Shown here in pieces: positions 49,101-58,400 of a DNA stretch of 64,000 nt. The DNA is from Amphiscolops sp. MND2022 (Eukaryota). The translations under genes were made by a program, and so were the position numbers. The notes under the pieces were generated by a model. The model did not search any database and was not told the origin of the DNA. It saw only the letters and a program-made list of their open reading frames with translations. The stretch is taken from positions 5,830,001 to 5,894,000 of the forward strand of contig OZ076409.1 in assembly GCA_964187785.1 (NCBI GenBank), written 5' to 3'. The first letter of the stretch is position 1, and every line of letters begins with the position of its first letter.

Positions 49101-52100
49101 GAACATCAAAACCACGTGACAACACTATTACGTAACAATACAACCAATTACCATTTCACAATTTCCACCCGACTATTACGGTGCCTAGTTTTTCTGTCAG
49201 ATGCGTGTTTGGTTCGCCACTTAGCCTAGTGGTTACAGTGCGTGGCGCGGAAACAAGGGTTCGTGGGTTCGAATCCCGTGCTGATCTAAAATTTTTACGT
49301 TTTTAGGTTTTTTGCCCTTTCAAAAGCATTATCGAGCTCGAAGGGGTCTGTTCTGATATTTGCCGCACTGAAATTTTCCAAAACGTTTTTGGAAGCCATC
49401 CTGGTCATATCGAAAGACTTACTGCTTTTAGAGCCTTAAGCGGGACGCGAATCAACGCAATGGTTATCTTTACTACAATCTACTGCACATGCGCCGTTCA
49501 ATTGGCTGAAAAACTTCCGTGGATTTCTACAATCCGTGTTAGCAGGCCTTGAAAAACTCAATGTTGAATAGCGGCAATAAATTATGGAATATTTTTTGCA
49601 ATTGACATGATTTCTTGGAATCCATTATTACTTACATAATTACATAACAATGCTCAATATTACATCATCTTGGCGAAGTCTCACTCAATTCAAACCCAGT
49701 AACCTCATTTGCAAGTCCGCCCCGCCCACCTTACTTCTGGCACTTCCATATAAGGAAGGGAATCAAATAATTTTCCGCTGATTATCCCAATTGATTATAC
49801 TTCATTGGTTGAATTGGAGTCAATTACACAATATCATTCACAGTGATCTTGAAAAATTCAGACATGGGTGTATTTCAGCACTTGATACTTAAAATCAGCG
49901 CCACGTGTGAGTTAAAGGAGTCAGAAACTGATTGAAATGTTGGAAAACAAATTACGTACTTCTTGGTCATTTTTGGACTAATTTTGGCTATCTATCTTTT
50001 CACATCCAGTCGTACGATTTTGATGCCATTGCGCACGCAGGAGCACCTTTGGGTGTACAATTACTGTTCTGAATTTTATAAAAATCGTATGCGCAATTTT
50101 TGAGAAACTTGAAAATTTCATTGAACGGTCAGGAAAAAAACGTCGATTGCATAAGTAGTTGAAAATTTTTTCCGACTCCTAAAAATCACAAACTTCTCTG
50201 AAAATTGAAAAACTTTCGAAGCCAAAAGCAGAGCGCTTCAACAGAGTGAAATTTGGTAAAACTCAACAGAGTTCGTTTCTAACAGGGTGGAATTTGTTTT
50301 TGTTTTTTGTGTGTTTTTCAAGCCAAGCGATGACTACAAACAACACTACTAACAGCGTCGATTGCCTTGATAATGACGATGTCTTTGGATAAAGCTTTCT
50401 TGGCATGCTCCACTCCCCCGTAGCGCATGTTGGCAAAGGTGGCTGCCAGAGACCTGAAACAAGCCATCATCATTCATACATACCTACCGTCCGTGTTTCT
50501 TCGAATACAGGCCGCGGCTTGTAAGTTTTTCCTGTAGTGATTTCGCGGCCTATATTCGAAGAAATATGGCAAGTTTCGGCTTGTAAGATGAAATTTTCAG
50601 GCTTATTGCGGCTTCTAATCGGGCGCGGCCTATATTATGGGGAAACGTTTTTGGAAGAAATATGGTATATCCAAAGGGCAGCTTCTTGTTAGCAAACGCA
50701 CGCATTGTCTCCAATAATTCAACATACACACAGATAAAACATTCAAATGTATCAACACGTCTCAAGTTTGGGAACGTTTCGAATGGGCTCAAGTTTCCAT
50801 GGGTCGAAAGCTTTCAACTATAACGGACTCTTTTCTTTGAAGTAATTTCAAAGACTGAGTATGGGGTATTCAATTCCACACCAGGCAAAGTTGGTAACTT
50901 TTTGGTAGGAGCAACTTCAAGTCATTCTGTACACATCGCAGACACTTTCTACCTATGATAGAACCGTCTTAGAACTTCTCCAATGCCTGAGTTCTTGTCA
51001 AGTGGTATTAGGCGACATGCATTGTACGATATCAGTGCTCCGCTATCCATTTCAGGGTAGGTTCGAGATTGATCACTGCTGTTACTAGTACTACTACTGC
51101 GCGAACCAAAAAAACGGAACCAAAAAACAAAAAAATGCAATTCTTGTAAACAAGGCGCTGAAAAGTTTTCACTTTTTCCATCAAGTATTCAAAATGAAGC
51201 TTTCATTACATAATAATCACATCTTCAACTAAGCACGTTTTAAACCTTCCAAGAAAGTCTAGATGCCTTTGTCAGTCACTTTGTTCGCACTTCTGATATG
51301 TGAAAGTTCTATGACACTCGAACGTGTGAAAGCAATGCTGTCAAATTGGATGATTGACAGGCCGAATTTCAGCGTTCAAAGTTGTTCTGAAATGTTTGTT
51401 GACAAATAATTGACATTTTGAGAGCACAAAAATTTTCATTCGTTCCGTTTTTTAGACGGCGCTTTTCTTGAAAAGAGTCGACTATAGTCATGACTTTTCA
51501 TCAGTGTTTTTTTTTCGATACACCTGAAGTGACCAAAATACCAAAATAGTTCTACCAAAAGTTCTATGAAATTTTAAATTGCACCTGTTGGCCTAGCGAA
51601 CAGAATCAAAATGGTTTTTACTTTTTTTCCTTGTAACACAATACCAGGCGAGACTAAAAGGTCCCTCTTCCAGCTTTTTTCGGCATTGTGCGACATTTGT
51701 TTCGAAAATTTTTCCCACCAAAGGGCCCCTTCAATTTCTATGGAGTTTTGCGACAGAATGGATGTTGAAAAATCCCAAAGGGTCGTCACTTTCAGTTTTT
51801 TCGGCATTGAGACTTTTAAATTTTTTTCACCAAAGGGTCCGTAATTCACCAATACTTTGACACTTTGAAGTCCTTTTGCTATTTTTGAGCCTTAGATATG
51901 GCGCCGACTTGGGCGGGTCCCGGCTTGTTTCAATCACCTAGTGCTCCTACTACTACAGACCTGGCAGCGTTGAGGAAGACGTGTAGGTCGTTGTCGTGGA
52001 TGCGATCGGGGACGAAGGCCGACTCCTCTCGGGACTCGTCATTCTCTGCCAACGCCGCATCTCTCAATTCCGGCAACACCGCCTGGGCAAACGAGAGGAA

Positions 52101-53015
52101 AAACTTTTCATCGCCACCAAGAAAGCTTATGTATTGAAATCAAGCTTTTGACATCGCTAAGCGCTAAACCGTCAATTTCTCAAAATCGCTATTTTGCTGA
52201 GAAGCATCTTATTTCAAGTATCTTTTCAGTCGGCGCCTTTTCCCTTAAGGAAAAAAGCCCGACTATTACAGTGAGTAGTTTTTTTCAGTTGACAATCTCA
52301 CTCTGAGTGGTCCACTTTTCTTTCAATTTGTTCATTTGTTCAACTTCGACCAATTTTCTTCGACCAAGCCGGAGAGCGTGGGTTCGATTCTCGCACTAAA
52401 CCATAAATTTTTTATGCTTCCAAAAGTACAGGTGAGACCAAAGGGTGCCCCCTTTGGGTTTTTTTCCGGCACTATGCGACTTTTTTCTAAAATTTTCGAA
52501 TTTTATTAAAGGGTACCCCCTTGCATTTTTTTGAAGTTTTCAAATTGTAAAAAACGTTTAATGAGCCTAAATGACATCTTTTTGGGTTTTTCGGCATTGT
52601 GCGACTTTTTTTACCAAATACTTTTGAAAAAAATTTTCCAAATGGTTCCAATAGTTGTTCCTTGAATATTTTTGAGCCTTAGATATGGCGGCGACTTGGG
52701 ACGTTCCCGTCTTGTTAAGCTAAACGATACTTCAATTCAGTTTTTTTGCGAGAAAAATTACAAAATTTTCATACCATGTGGATTTTACTAGGGTAAGAGT
52801 CGGATTTCTTCGAAATTCATTATGAAACATGTGTATACTCGAAGGGTTTGGACAATCTATTCGTTGGCGCTAACTTGAATCGTTAAAATAATTGTTGAAA
52901 AGTTGCGCGTGGTCGCTAATCGTGAGTTCCTGAAACGAACGTCGTTTGAAGTTATTGATTACTCACCTGATACGCGACACCAACTTTCACTTCTCCTTTG
53001 AAGTTCGCCAGTCTT
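9645..53015 (-). CDS. RERE: RERE/atrophin-family transcriptional co-repressor, multi-exon gene (5'-partial; 18 coding exons reconstructed, about 1350 codons)
   Basis: Spliced translation gives ELM2 (RLANFKGEVKVGVAYQAVLPEL...DNDLHVFLNAARSLAA...LHQADYDRDKAI), SANT (HWNSEDKRLFVKGLRQLGKNFNSIRIDYLPHRTTAELVEFYYVWKKTP), GATA finger C-x2-C-x18-C-x2-C followed by PSPYLFKPV, the atrophin NSCARTD motif and HSHLHLH. All junction phases are compatible, and 16 of 17 introns are GT-AG. Confidence 0.93.
10385..10636 (-). CDS. RERE: RERE-like penultimate exon (poly-Ala rich)
   Basis: tttcag| acceptor; the in-frame donor reads CAG|GGATGT (non-canonical), so the 3' boundary is inferred. Confidence 0.72.
10670..11875. 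mobile_element. Foldback-like element with long inverted arms (about 10845-11107 / 11511-11775)
   Basis: Termini TCAAGGTTGTTAA / TTAACAACCTTGA; near-identical inverted arms of about 260 bp. Confidence 0.75.
12455..12620. repeat. Tandem repeat, 59-bp unit x about 2.8
   Basis: TCTAAGT(A/G)CTCGAAAAGTG recurs at 12455, 12514 and 12573. Confidence 0.88.
13092..13554. mobile_element. MITE family with GGACCATGTCATCTA TIRs (related copies about 451-890 and 24530-25300)
   Basis: TIRs at both ends; internal sequence similar to 490-880 and, inverted, to 24640-25000. Confidence 0.7.
13707..14000 (+). mobile_element. Possible solo LTR
   Basis: GTAAC...GTTACA termini flanked by TAAA on both sides; two CCAAT boxes and TATAAAA; the initial T of TG is missing. 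Confidence 0.42.
14129..14407 (-). CDS. RERE: RERE-like exon with polyQ and the HSHLHLH atrophin motif
   Basis: ttccag| ... |gtaggt; HHQHSHLHLHMHQQ. Confidence 0.9.
15101..15414 (-). CDS. RERE: RERE-like exon (DFRLNAELFARLKE...LDPALIMRHLQ)
   Basis: ttccag| ... |gtactg; phase 1 to 0. Confidence 0.82.
16496..16761 (-). CDS. RERE: RERE-like exon (TPSGLRSGLPGG...VERQLRERAAAAGQ)
   Basis: ttccag| ... |gtaaag; phase 2 to 1. Confidence 0.85.
17376..18148 (+). mobile_element. Helentron/DINE-like non-autonomous element (dominant family)
   Basis: 5' TTTTAGTCGGCGC plus palindrome, central AAAGGGTCCCCC tandem units, 3' GGCGCCGACTT plus GCCGG-TC-CCGGC hairpin, ends CTTGTT. Confidence 0.65.
18880..19151 (-). 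CDS. RERE: RERE-like exon (NIDSPRIPASPK...)
   Basis: gtgcag| ... |gtgagt; phase 0 to 2. Confidence 0.83.
20191..20455 (-). CDS. RERE: RERE-like exon with atrophin motif (VFKLVRNWRRG...NSCARTDIVCQPL)
   Basis: tttcag| ... |gtaatc; NSCARTD is the conserved atrophin motif. Confidence 0.9.
20511..20980 (+). mobile_element. Helentron/DINE-like family copy
   Basis: Same terminal motifs as the 17376 copy. Confidence 0.65.
22576..25724 (+). CDS. Nested antisense 4-exon gene: divergent Arf/Arl-like small GTPase (about 255 aa); exons 22576-22756, 23576-23865, 24377-24514, 25566-25724
   Basis: P-loop GRKGYGKT, Arf-type VILYVIDS strand, and PLAVIFTKCD (G4 N/TKxD). All three introns are GT-AG with compatible phases (1, 0, 0); ends at TGA 25722-25724. 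Confidence 0.8.
23083..23512 (+). mobile_element. Helentron/DINE-like family copy in intron 1 of the nested GTPase gene
   Basis: Same terminal motifs. Confidence 0.6.
23914..24108. mobile_element. Tc1/mariner/pogo-type MITE (TA TSD)
   Basis: TA|CAGTAAACCCTCGATTATCCGCC ... GGCGGATAATAGAGGTTTTACTG|TA. Confidence 0.85.
26041..26384. mobile_element. Palindromic MITE or nested MITE arms
   Basis: CAGTCAACTCCG ... CGGAGTTGGCTG with long internal inverted repeats. Confidence 0.65.
26405..26787. mobile_element. TTAA-flanked MITE (Kolobok-like, AGGGG termini)
   Basis: TTAA|AGGGG...GAGGCCCGAAA ... TTTCGGGCC...CCCCT|TTAA; internal segment shared with about 34600-34780. Confidence 0.6.
27863..28166 (-). 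CDS. RERE: RERE-like exon (DKGVSSVKKEP...LTPPSSPTP...QQSPNKR)
   Basis: ttacag| ... |gtacgt; phase 1 to 2. Confidence 0.85.
28240..30132. mobile_element. Cluster of three Helentron/DINE-like copies (two minus, one plus) with internal tandem duplications
   Basis: Terminal motifs at 28240, 28910, 29456, 29498 and 30132; about 148-bp duplication at 28503-28799. Confidence 0.65.
31515..31675. mobile_element. TA-TSD MITE (same family as 35616-35787)
   Basis: TA|CACTCCACTGCG ... GCTGAGTTGAGTG|TA with internal TATAACGAT repeats. Confidence 0.75.
31700..31970 (-). CDS. RERE: RERE-like exon (AKAVKIKSEP...)
   Basis: ttttag| ... |gtatgt; IKSE SUMO-type motif; phase 0 to 1. Confidence 0.85.
32118..32466. 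repeat. Inverted partial copy of the 33136 MITE
   Basis: Reverse-complement similarity to 33128-33479 over about 350 bp. Confidence 0.75.
32771..33067 (-). CDS. RERE: RERE-like exon: Ser/Thr/Glu/Ala-rich low-complexity region
   Basis: tttcag| ... |gtcagt; GC-rich, 297 nt, phase 0-0. Confidence 0.85.
33136..33728. mobile_element. piggyBac-like MITE (TTAA TSD)
   Basis: TTAA|CCCTAATTAACCT ... AGGTCAATTAGGG|TTAA. Confidence 0.72.
34819..34917 (-). CDS. RERE: RERE-like exon: basic NLS-like segment (ESPVQSPSTQKKKRKSR...KRAKQK)
   Basis: tttcag| ... |gtatga; 99 nt, phase 0-0. Confidence 0.82.
35616..35787. mobile_element. TA-TSD MITE, inverted relative to the 31515 copy
   Basis: TA|TACTCAACTCCGCTTATAACG ... 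CGTTATAAACGGAGTTGAGTG|TA. Confidence 0.8.
35804..36108 (-). CDS. RERE: RERE-like exon: GATA-type zinc finger (CKHC...CFEC)
   Basis: ttgcag| ... |gtgagt; C-x2-C-x18-C-x2-C, then KYGRLP and PSPYLFKPV. Confidence 0.93.
36146..36584 (+). mobile_element. Non-autonomous hAT DNA transposon with a transposase C-terminal remnant
   Basis: TIRs TAGGCTTAGGATTTATATG / CATATAAATCCTAATGCTA; perfect 8-bp TSD GTGATGAT; internal PMVSVDVERIVSQYGTILEPQRQRLTVENIK resembles the hAT dimerisation domain. Confidence 0.88.
37322..38482. mobile_element. Nested Helentron/DINE-like copies (plus copy 37503-38166 inside a minus copy)
   Basis: Minus-copy ends at 37322 and about 38482 flank a complete plus copy. Confidence 0.6.
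38561..38756 (-). CDS. RERE: RERE-like exon: SANT end (AELVEFYYVWKKTPGA...)
   Basis: tggcag| ... |gtcagt; FYYxWKKTP motif. Confidence 0.92.
39007..39526 (+). repeat. 5' LTR (520 bp)
   Basis: TGTAGCAATG...TTACAACA; direct repeat of 46584-47088; contains a CCAAT box. Confidence 0.95.
39529..39542 (+). promoter_or_regulatory. Primer binding site (TGGTGCGACCAG...)
   Basis: TGG 2 nt after the 5' LTR, complementary to a tRNA CCA end; primer tRNA not identified. Confidence 0.7.
40165..41267 (+). pseudogene. gag: gag with CCHC zinc knuckle; one frameshift near 40860
   Basis: Capsid-like segment LRGPAAEWFDSL...TWEEMKTQFINRF; CNYCKKSGHTIKYC knuckle in the next frame. Confidence 0.88.
41249..44546 (+). 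pseudogene. pol: pol: aspartic protease, RT and RNase H; frameshift near 43625; truncated at the integrase N-terminus
   Basis: LIDTGAT protease, VITYIDDVIL RT, HIHVDSS...RELCGII...VFCDHKPL RNase H; the ORF ends at RQICLPRN* with no HHCC or DDE core. Confidence 0.92.
41258..41264 (+). promoter_or_regulatory. -1 programmed ribosomal frameshift slippery heptamer T TTA AAC (gag to pol)
   Basis: X XXY YYZ in the gag frame immediately before the gag TAA; pol is in the -1 frame. Confidence 0.8.
44811..46370 (+). CDS. Retrotransposon ORF3, 519 aa, unknown function (basic N-terminus, long C-terminal coiled coil, no signal peptide or TM segment)
   Basis: Uninterrupted ATG-to-TAA ORF between pol and the PPT; heptad-rich region at about aa 285-440. 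Confidence 0.85.
   Translation: MSDAIDLFEPEGFIPNDLRPPNVNFRSRKTKRVKPCFPKPFRQANKRIASEAPEPNWQKKTSKLENDMNLDPNRLSKRLGDGKIKGPSCVSMRLDDGLPKEKNWFPSLKERLDIQKSRETNIDTDDPKFIKFLKYGIRKDHNEWFLATPKQGIELVNKKLNCSIVIPPERCPAININLPKEMNQWRLKDRLPEERKYVIYNHQIDSLIKAPFGVITAFPDDPNPLFNDNASTCSSSISTPASKESHHDNSQISHNKQPTVNATTQTKNEEWIDTPDTNLTAALWKTEFAIAEFEQQNRSLNIELANLKNALCSANRSRAMAKENATRAEFKLEISERVTSDLFVENKELKSQIEEATSKAESLQSQLLESNKTNILLKEKLDAFDEANKQFKEILDKKDTRIKDQANIDKLIKQLQIMRVEIDIQRAEAIQLIQAVDGKQYEKLEKCLHALLTHADHWDWQQYEKYSIFNLKRGNVKARLSTVYYPIAYNFDKDPEWKTKCSRLPWPVNTKQVPTGKNH
46571..46583 (+). promoter_or_regulatory. Polypurine-tract position (AACTGGGGTGAGT)
   Basis: G-rich tract immediately 5' of the 3' LTR. Confidence 0.6.
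46584..47088 (+). repeat. 3' LTR (505 bp)
   Basis: TGTAGCAATG...TTACAACA followed by TSD GGGC. Confidence 0.95.
48023..48103 (-). CDS. RERE: RERE-like exon: SANT (RLFVKGLRQLGKNFNSIRIDYLPHRTT)
   Basis: ttgcag| ... |gttagc; SANT consensus. Confidence 0.92.
48999..49097 (-). CDS. RERE: RERE-like exon: ELM2 end / SANT start (LHQADYDRDKAIHLL...HWNSEDK)
   Basis: ttctag| ... |gtttgc; 99 nt in frame. Confidence 0.9.
50354..50453 (-). CDS. RERE: RERE-like exon: ELM2 (SLAATFANMRYGG...KAIDA)
   Basis: tttcag| ... |gttagt; phase 2 to 0. Confidence 0.88.
50645..51060 (-). pseudogene. Degraded non-LTR retrotransposon RT fragment (CRE-like)
   Basis: ACRLIPLDKNSGIGEVLRR / IIGRKCLRCVQNDL...YQLCLG / CGIEYPI across frameshifts resembles the RLIPLDK-PG-RPIG-GE-LRRIIG RT motif. 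Confidence 0.6.
51448..51929 (+). mobile_element. Helentron/DINE-like family copy
   Basis: Same terminal motifs. Confidence 0.6.
51961..52082 (-). CDS. RERE: RERE-like exon: ELM2 (AVLPELRD...IHDNDLHVFLNAAR)
   Basis: cccag| ... |gtctgt; phase 0 to 2; ELM2 similarity. Confidence 0.9.
52225..52716 (+). mobile_element. Helentron/DINE-like family copy (GACG/CGTC hairpin subfamily)
   Basis: AGTCGGCGCC ... GGCGACTTGGGACGTTCCCGTCTTGTT. Confidence 0.6.
52967..53015 (-). CDS. RERE: RERE-like exon: start of ELM2 (RLANFKGEVKVGVAYQ)
   Basis: tacag| acceptor and |gtgagt donor; resembles RERE RRLNSTQGEIRVGPSHQ. Confidence 0.88.
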
Positions 53016-54985
53016 CTGTAACACAAAGTGCACTTTTAGAGCAACATCGCAGTGGTTGAAAATCTCGAGAACTAAACTTGTACGGTTGTACCCAGAGTTG
53101 GAACCGGGCCGGGCTTGAAAACCGAATTAATAAATTCATTTCACAAAAATGAGCAGTAAATTAAGTAACATTGAGTAGGAGTTTCAAAACCATTGACCGG
53201 GCTTGAATGTGACCGGGCCCGGCGCGGGGACTGGATTTTCGGACCGGTTTCAACTTTGGTTGCACCATTTTTATCAAAAACTATTCGTATGTTAAAAACA
53301 TTGATGACCAATACAATGGATCCATTTATAACCCACTCATGGCGTAGCATGACTATAGAAAATTTCGTTCGAATCGTATATGCAGTTTTGCGAGAATCAA
53401 AAAAGTCCAAAAATGACCTTCTTTTGGGAGAAATTTTTTTTTAGAAATTTCAATCTTCTTTAAAAGATCGGGAGAAAAAAGGAACAAGTGCATCAAGAGT
53501 CAGACATTCTTTCCGACTCCTAAAAATTTTCAGAGATTTCACTAACAGAAACTGTCTTGTACCCTTTGCCTAAGAACGGAATCTGTTCAAAATGCAATAA
53601 GGAAGGAATTACAAAGTCACCCATTGAATCCAATCAAGGTTTATATTTGAAAAGTTAATTGGTCATTACTAGGAGAAAATCACAACATTGACTCCTAGTC
53701 GGACTATCTGCTTCCACGCGGAGAGATCTTATTTTCTAAAAATATTATTTCAAAACGACGACGCATATAAGCCACCCTCTTCAATCAACCATTTGATCTC
53801 AATAATTCTTTTTCCAAGAAAGAATAAAAAAACGAAATCAGGAAGAAACCGGGAATCATATCAAAGTGCGAATCTTAGAATCAAGATTGAACAGTTGTTT
53901 CGTCAAGTTGATCGTTGTATGGACTATGTTCCACATCGTCAGATGGTCTCGGCTTGTCCATACGTGTCGACAATTGTATTATATCCATAGTATCTAGTCT
54001 AGACTATTCGAAAGCCAGTTTTCTCAAAGCTTTGCGTAACGGTCCTGTCAATTTTTTCACATCTATAGCCATAGATAATAACGCGTTTTCATACAAGTCC
54101 AGGATGGCCAGTTTTTTTCAACAAAAAAGCGACCCAATTAAAATTACAGAAATTTACGTTTTTAACTGAAAAAAGTTACCTTACGTGTCTTCAAAAAACA
54201 TGTTTCAATAACCATAAATTATAAAAGGAACAAAATGTTGAACAGAATATCTGAGATAGGTATATACATAAGCATTCAAAACTTATTGCGTAACGAAAGA
54301 GTCAATGATATTTCCAGATATGACGTTGCTGTGTTCACTTTGGCCACTTACCTCAGCACTTAATCTCTTATAGTGTATAAAAGCGACCTTAGGCAGGAAG
54401 TCTGTAAAGCAAGCCGGAGAGGTCCAAGTCGACGCCCGGCTTAAGGCTCAAAAAAGGAGCACTTTTAAAGAATGCACGAAAATAATCATTGAGAAAACTC
54501 TTACCAAAAACGTTTTTGACGTTACTTATTTGGACCAACTCTATATACTTATATCAGAAAGGAGTTAATACAATAAGTGTGATAAAATTTCAAAACAAGA
54601 CGCCCGCTAATACGGGATATTTTCCGTCTTGTCAAAAAAAATCTGGCGGAGGCCAGATTCGAACCCATCATCTACTGATCGATAGGCGGATGCTCTACCA
54701 ACTGAGCCATCGTACCTCAATAGCACCTAACAGAGAGCAACTAATATGGAGATTATGGAAATTTGGCAGACTTTAGGAAAAAACGCAACACAGATAATAA
54801 TTTTCCTCCCCTACACAATAAATTGTGGGGCGGAAAATAAAAACACCTCTGCATTAACTAGTTTCGAAACCACAAGTTCTGACTGACATCAGACAAAATG
54901 AATGATGAAAATTGGTATTTTTGACGCTATATTCTTATTATACCACTTTATTCATGTTATACCCGCAAACGGTATTCCCATAATT

Positions 54986-55434
54986 CAGTGAATTGACATC
55001 GGTTCGTTTACCGTACCAGAAAACACGATTTTGTTGTACTGTTACAAGAATACCGATTTACTCAATACACGATTTATACGAGAAAGGGAAGCAATTTCAT
55101 TGGCTTCAGAACTGGGTATCAAATTGATTCGGCGTTCACTCGGACACATAATAACTCGGAAAATATTGAAATGATCGACATTCTGGCGAGAAAAGGAACT
55201 CAAACAATCAAGAATCTGGTTCTGGAGATCTTGACGACTCCAACCAGTTCTCGATCTGTGGAAATGATGTTCTCTTTTCGTGATTTGAGATGTACTGACA
55301 GACGAAACAGAAGATCTAGCATAAATTTGGAAAAGATTGTTAAAACTGCGTTTTCCGAAAGAACTTTAATAATTTTCGGAAACTTTTTCCAGTTCCAGTC
55401 GATACACGGAACGGCACACGATACCGATGCACTA
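54986..55434 (+). mobile_element. hAT-derived non-autonomous element (related inverted copy at 1-390)
   Basis: CAGTG-type terminus; LEILTTPTSSRSVEMMFS...RRNR is similar to the hAT dimerisation motif; similar to the reverse complement of about 200-390. Confidence 0.65.
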
Positions 55435-58400
55435 TATTGAAACCTCTCACTGTATTGGTTTTGCAAGCAGGGACTCGAACCCGTGACCACTGGGTTCCCC
55501 CTATTCCGATTGGTAAAAGTTAGCAAGCAACAGCTAATGAAGCTCAAAAAATCTGTCAGTTCGTTCGTCTTGAAAAAAAAGAAAAGTCACAACTATAGTC
55601 TGCTCGTTCTACGAAAGCGCCAACTAAAAATTGACTTCCAGCTATATTCGAACCCCGTCTATTCACCACGTGAACGTTACAGCTTATAGACAGTGGCCAC
55701 TACATTATCCCTAACTCGAAACGTCGAAAACGCTTTTTCCGAGCATTCAAAAGTGAAATGGTACTCTTTGATCAAATGAAATGTCGCACAGCACCAAAAA
55801 ACCCAAATGAAGACCCTTCACGATCGCAAAAGGATCAATCCCAGACGAAAACGTTTTCAAAATTGAAGGGATACCATTTTTACCGAGAGTTGTTTCAAAT
55901 AAAAGTCGCACAGTGCCGGAGGAAAAAGCCGTAGGTCTTGTTCACAATTGCTGAGAAAAGCCCCATTTGACCAAAAAATAACCATCGGTTATGCCTGACA
56001 AAAAAGTACAAAAAACCAGAAAAGTATGAAAAAATCGGTAGGTCGTATTGCGCCAAGAAAAACCTAAGGCGTGCCACTATGCTCGCAAAAGGCTTTGTTT
56101 TTGCGGAAAATCAAGGTGCACAAGAAACTTCGGGGAAAAGTCTGATGGTGCCGAATAAAAATGAAAGGGGGACCCTTGGGTCTGACCTCTTTTTTCAAGC
56201 ATTAAAAAATTGGTTTAGTGGGCGACTGGAACCCACGTACTCCTCATGCTTCTCAGATCTCGTCTTGGGAAAATCCGAGTTAACCTCTAGGTAGTGAGAT
56301 TGTAGAAACTTTAAATAAAACTGGTCTTACGAAAAACTTGCCACTGTAAAAAAGTGTTGGCTGAAAAAAAGTCTACTTTGCCCCAAAAAATTTAGGGAGA
56401 AACTAGGGATAAATTTGTTACACAGAACAGTGAAGGGGAAACTAGTTATCAACAGCTAAGTAATGAAGCGACTCGGGGTTAAAATAGTTCTCTCTGGGAT
56501 ACAAAATTTTAAGGAAAGAAGAATGAGAAAATGCACCATGAAAAGCGGCCTCAATGCGATTAAAGGCTAAAAAGTGAGCATTTAGTGATAATAAACGAAA
56601 CAATAAATTGCAATTTATGCGTCATCAATAAATGAGTTTTTCAGATGAAAAATGTCAACAACCAATTGGTTGCGCGGAAAATACGAGTTAACAGTCAGTT
56701 GAAAATTCTACTTCGTAAACGCTTCACAATATATGAAGTGAACGTCTATCATATCTTTCATTTCTTCAAAGAAAAATTCGCAAAAACATGGGACTTCAAA
56801 AAGAATTCATCCATGGCTCTGCTGCTGACAATTTGTTGAAATTATTGATTAGGAAGAAATCTTGCCTGATATCTAGTCAATCGACGTCAGTAAATGGTAC
56901 TAACACGAAATGAGCGAGCAAATTGAAACAGCAAAGGAAGGAATCGCTTTGTAAATTTTATTGCGACTTTCGCTGCACGTAAAGACGTAAAACCCGGAAC
57001 TGCAAATATGAACGTATATGTAGCATTGCTAGCTATCAATGAGATCTTGACGAATAATTGGGTTGAACTGCAGTTAAACGTTTAGGGGTAAAAAATGGGA
57101 ATTAGAATGGATGGATAGCATTATATATTGATTACGGATGGAAACGCCACCGCCGCCGCCGCAAAAGATAATGATAAAGCTGATTATATAATTTTGATAA
57201 ATGATCCATGTTTAAATACTCCTCGTTTCGCGCTGTCGCTTGGGGGGATAAATAAATTCAAAAGGAGGAAAATTGAGAAGGAACAAGAATAAAAACGGTT
57301 CTAGCCTTTCTAGTCCTTTCACAGCGGTTCAGTTCTTATCCCGGCACGGTTGTGGTGCTAGCGAATAGTAAAAATATGGATTGAGTGAATGAATAAATTA
57401 AAGAATAAATGAATGAATATATTTACATGACACGCTATTGGTGTTATGTTATACCATGTCTTGACTGTTATGCCAGCGCCGCCGCCGCCGCCGCTGTTTT
57501 TCTACACCGTATGGCGATTATCGATGAATTGCGTAGACAGAGCTGGAACGAATATAATACAACTAAAAAAGGAGAGAAAAATGAAGCAATGACAAAAAGT
57601 TTAGGAGCCAGAATGTTCCGCCGTTACTGGATGTTTGCTGTTCGGGTTATCGGTGCTACATGACGCTGCTATATAACAACAAAAATGGTGTGATAAAAAA
57701 GAGGAATTTTAAGGCTTGACGTGATATGGCGCTGGTGGTATTTGAATGGTGCGGTTGGGAACAGTGGTGATAAAATTATCAAATCTAGACAGAAGACAGA
57801 CGTGAGGAATGAAAAAGAAATCGAATTGAATTACTACAAATACAACCAACTACTATCAATCGTTGGCTGTCTTTTTTACTCGTCGCTTTTCCCGCTTTTC
57901 CATCAAATTTCATCATTTCAGCACAGTAGCAGCAGTTATTACTACATACTGACTGTGTAATTCTGCTATACTGTGAAATGCATCGGCGAACTACTTTTAG
58001 TCGCTCTACACCAGAAAATTCACAACACGACTTGAAAATTTCACAATTTCACCACCACCGCATTCATTCGAATCAACTGCTGGCTTGTGTCCTAACAGTC
58101 CTAACAGCACATTCCTAAAAATCCCTCACTCTTTCTCTTTTCTCTCTTTCTCCTCACTTTTCAATCAGGCGCGTTGTTCCGGCAAACAGACAAGCTCTGG
58201 TGTTTTCTTAGGAACACAACAACTTGGGAGCTGCACTAGCTAGTGCTTAGCGAGAATGAAAGAGTGAAAAAAAAAGAAGGAAAGAAATGGAACAAAGACT
58301 TTCAGCTAAGCGCAATAACACCACCGTGAAGTCGCTTTTAAGGGGACTGTTAATGCTTCTTGTCGCCACAACCGCCGACTGTAGCAATTTCCTTTCTGAG

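Noticed and set aside
54352..54401. Candidate upstream RERE exon with ttacag acceptor and strong GAG|GTAAGT donor
   Set aside because: The frame needed to join the 53015 exon (phase 2) contains TAA; the open frame is phase-incompatible and shows no BAH similarity
54645..54712. Functional tRNA gene (also 3582, 49213, 60324)
   Set aside because: A and B boxes are present, but acceptor and anticodon stems do not pair properly
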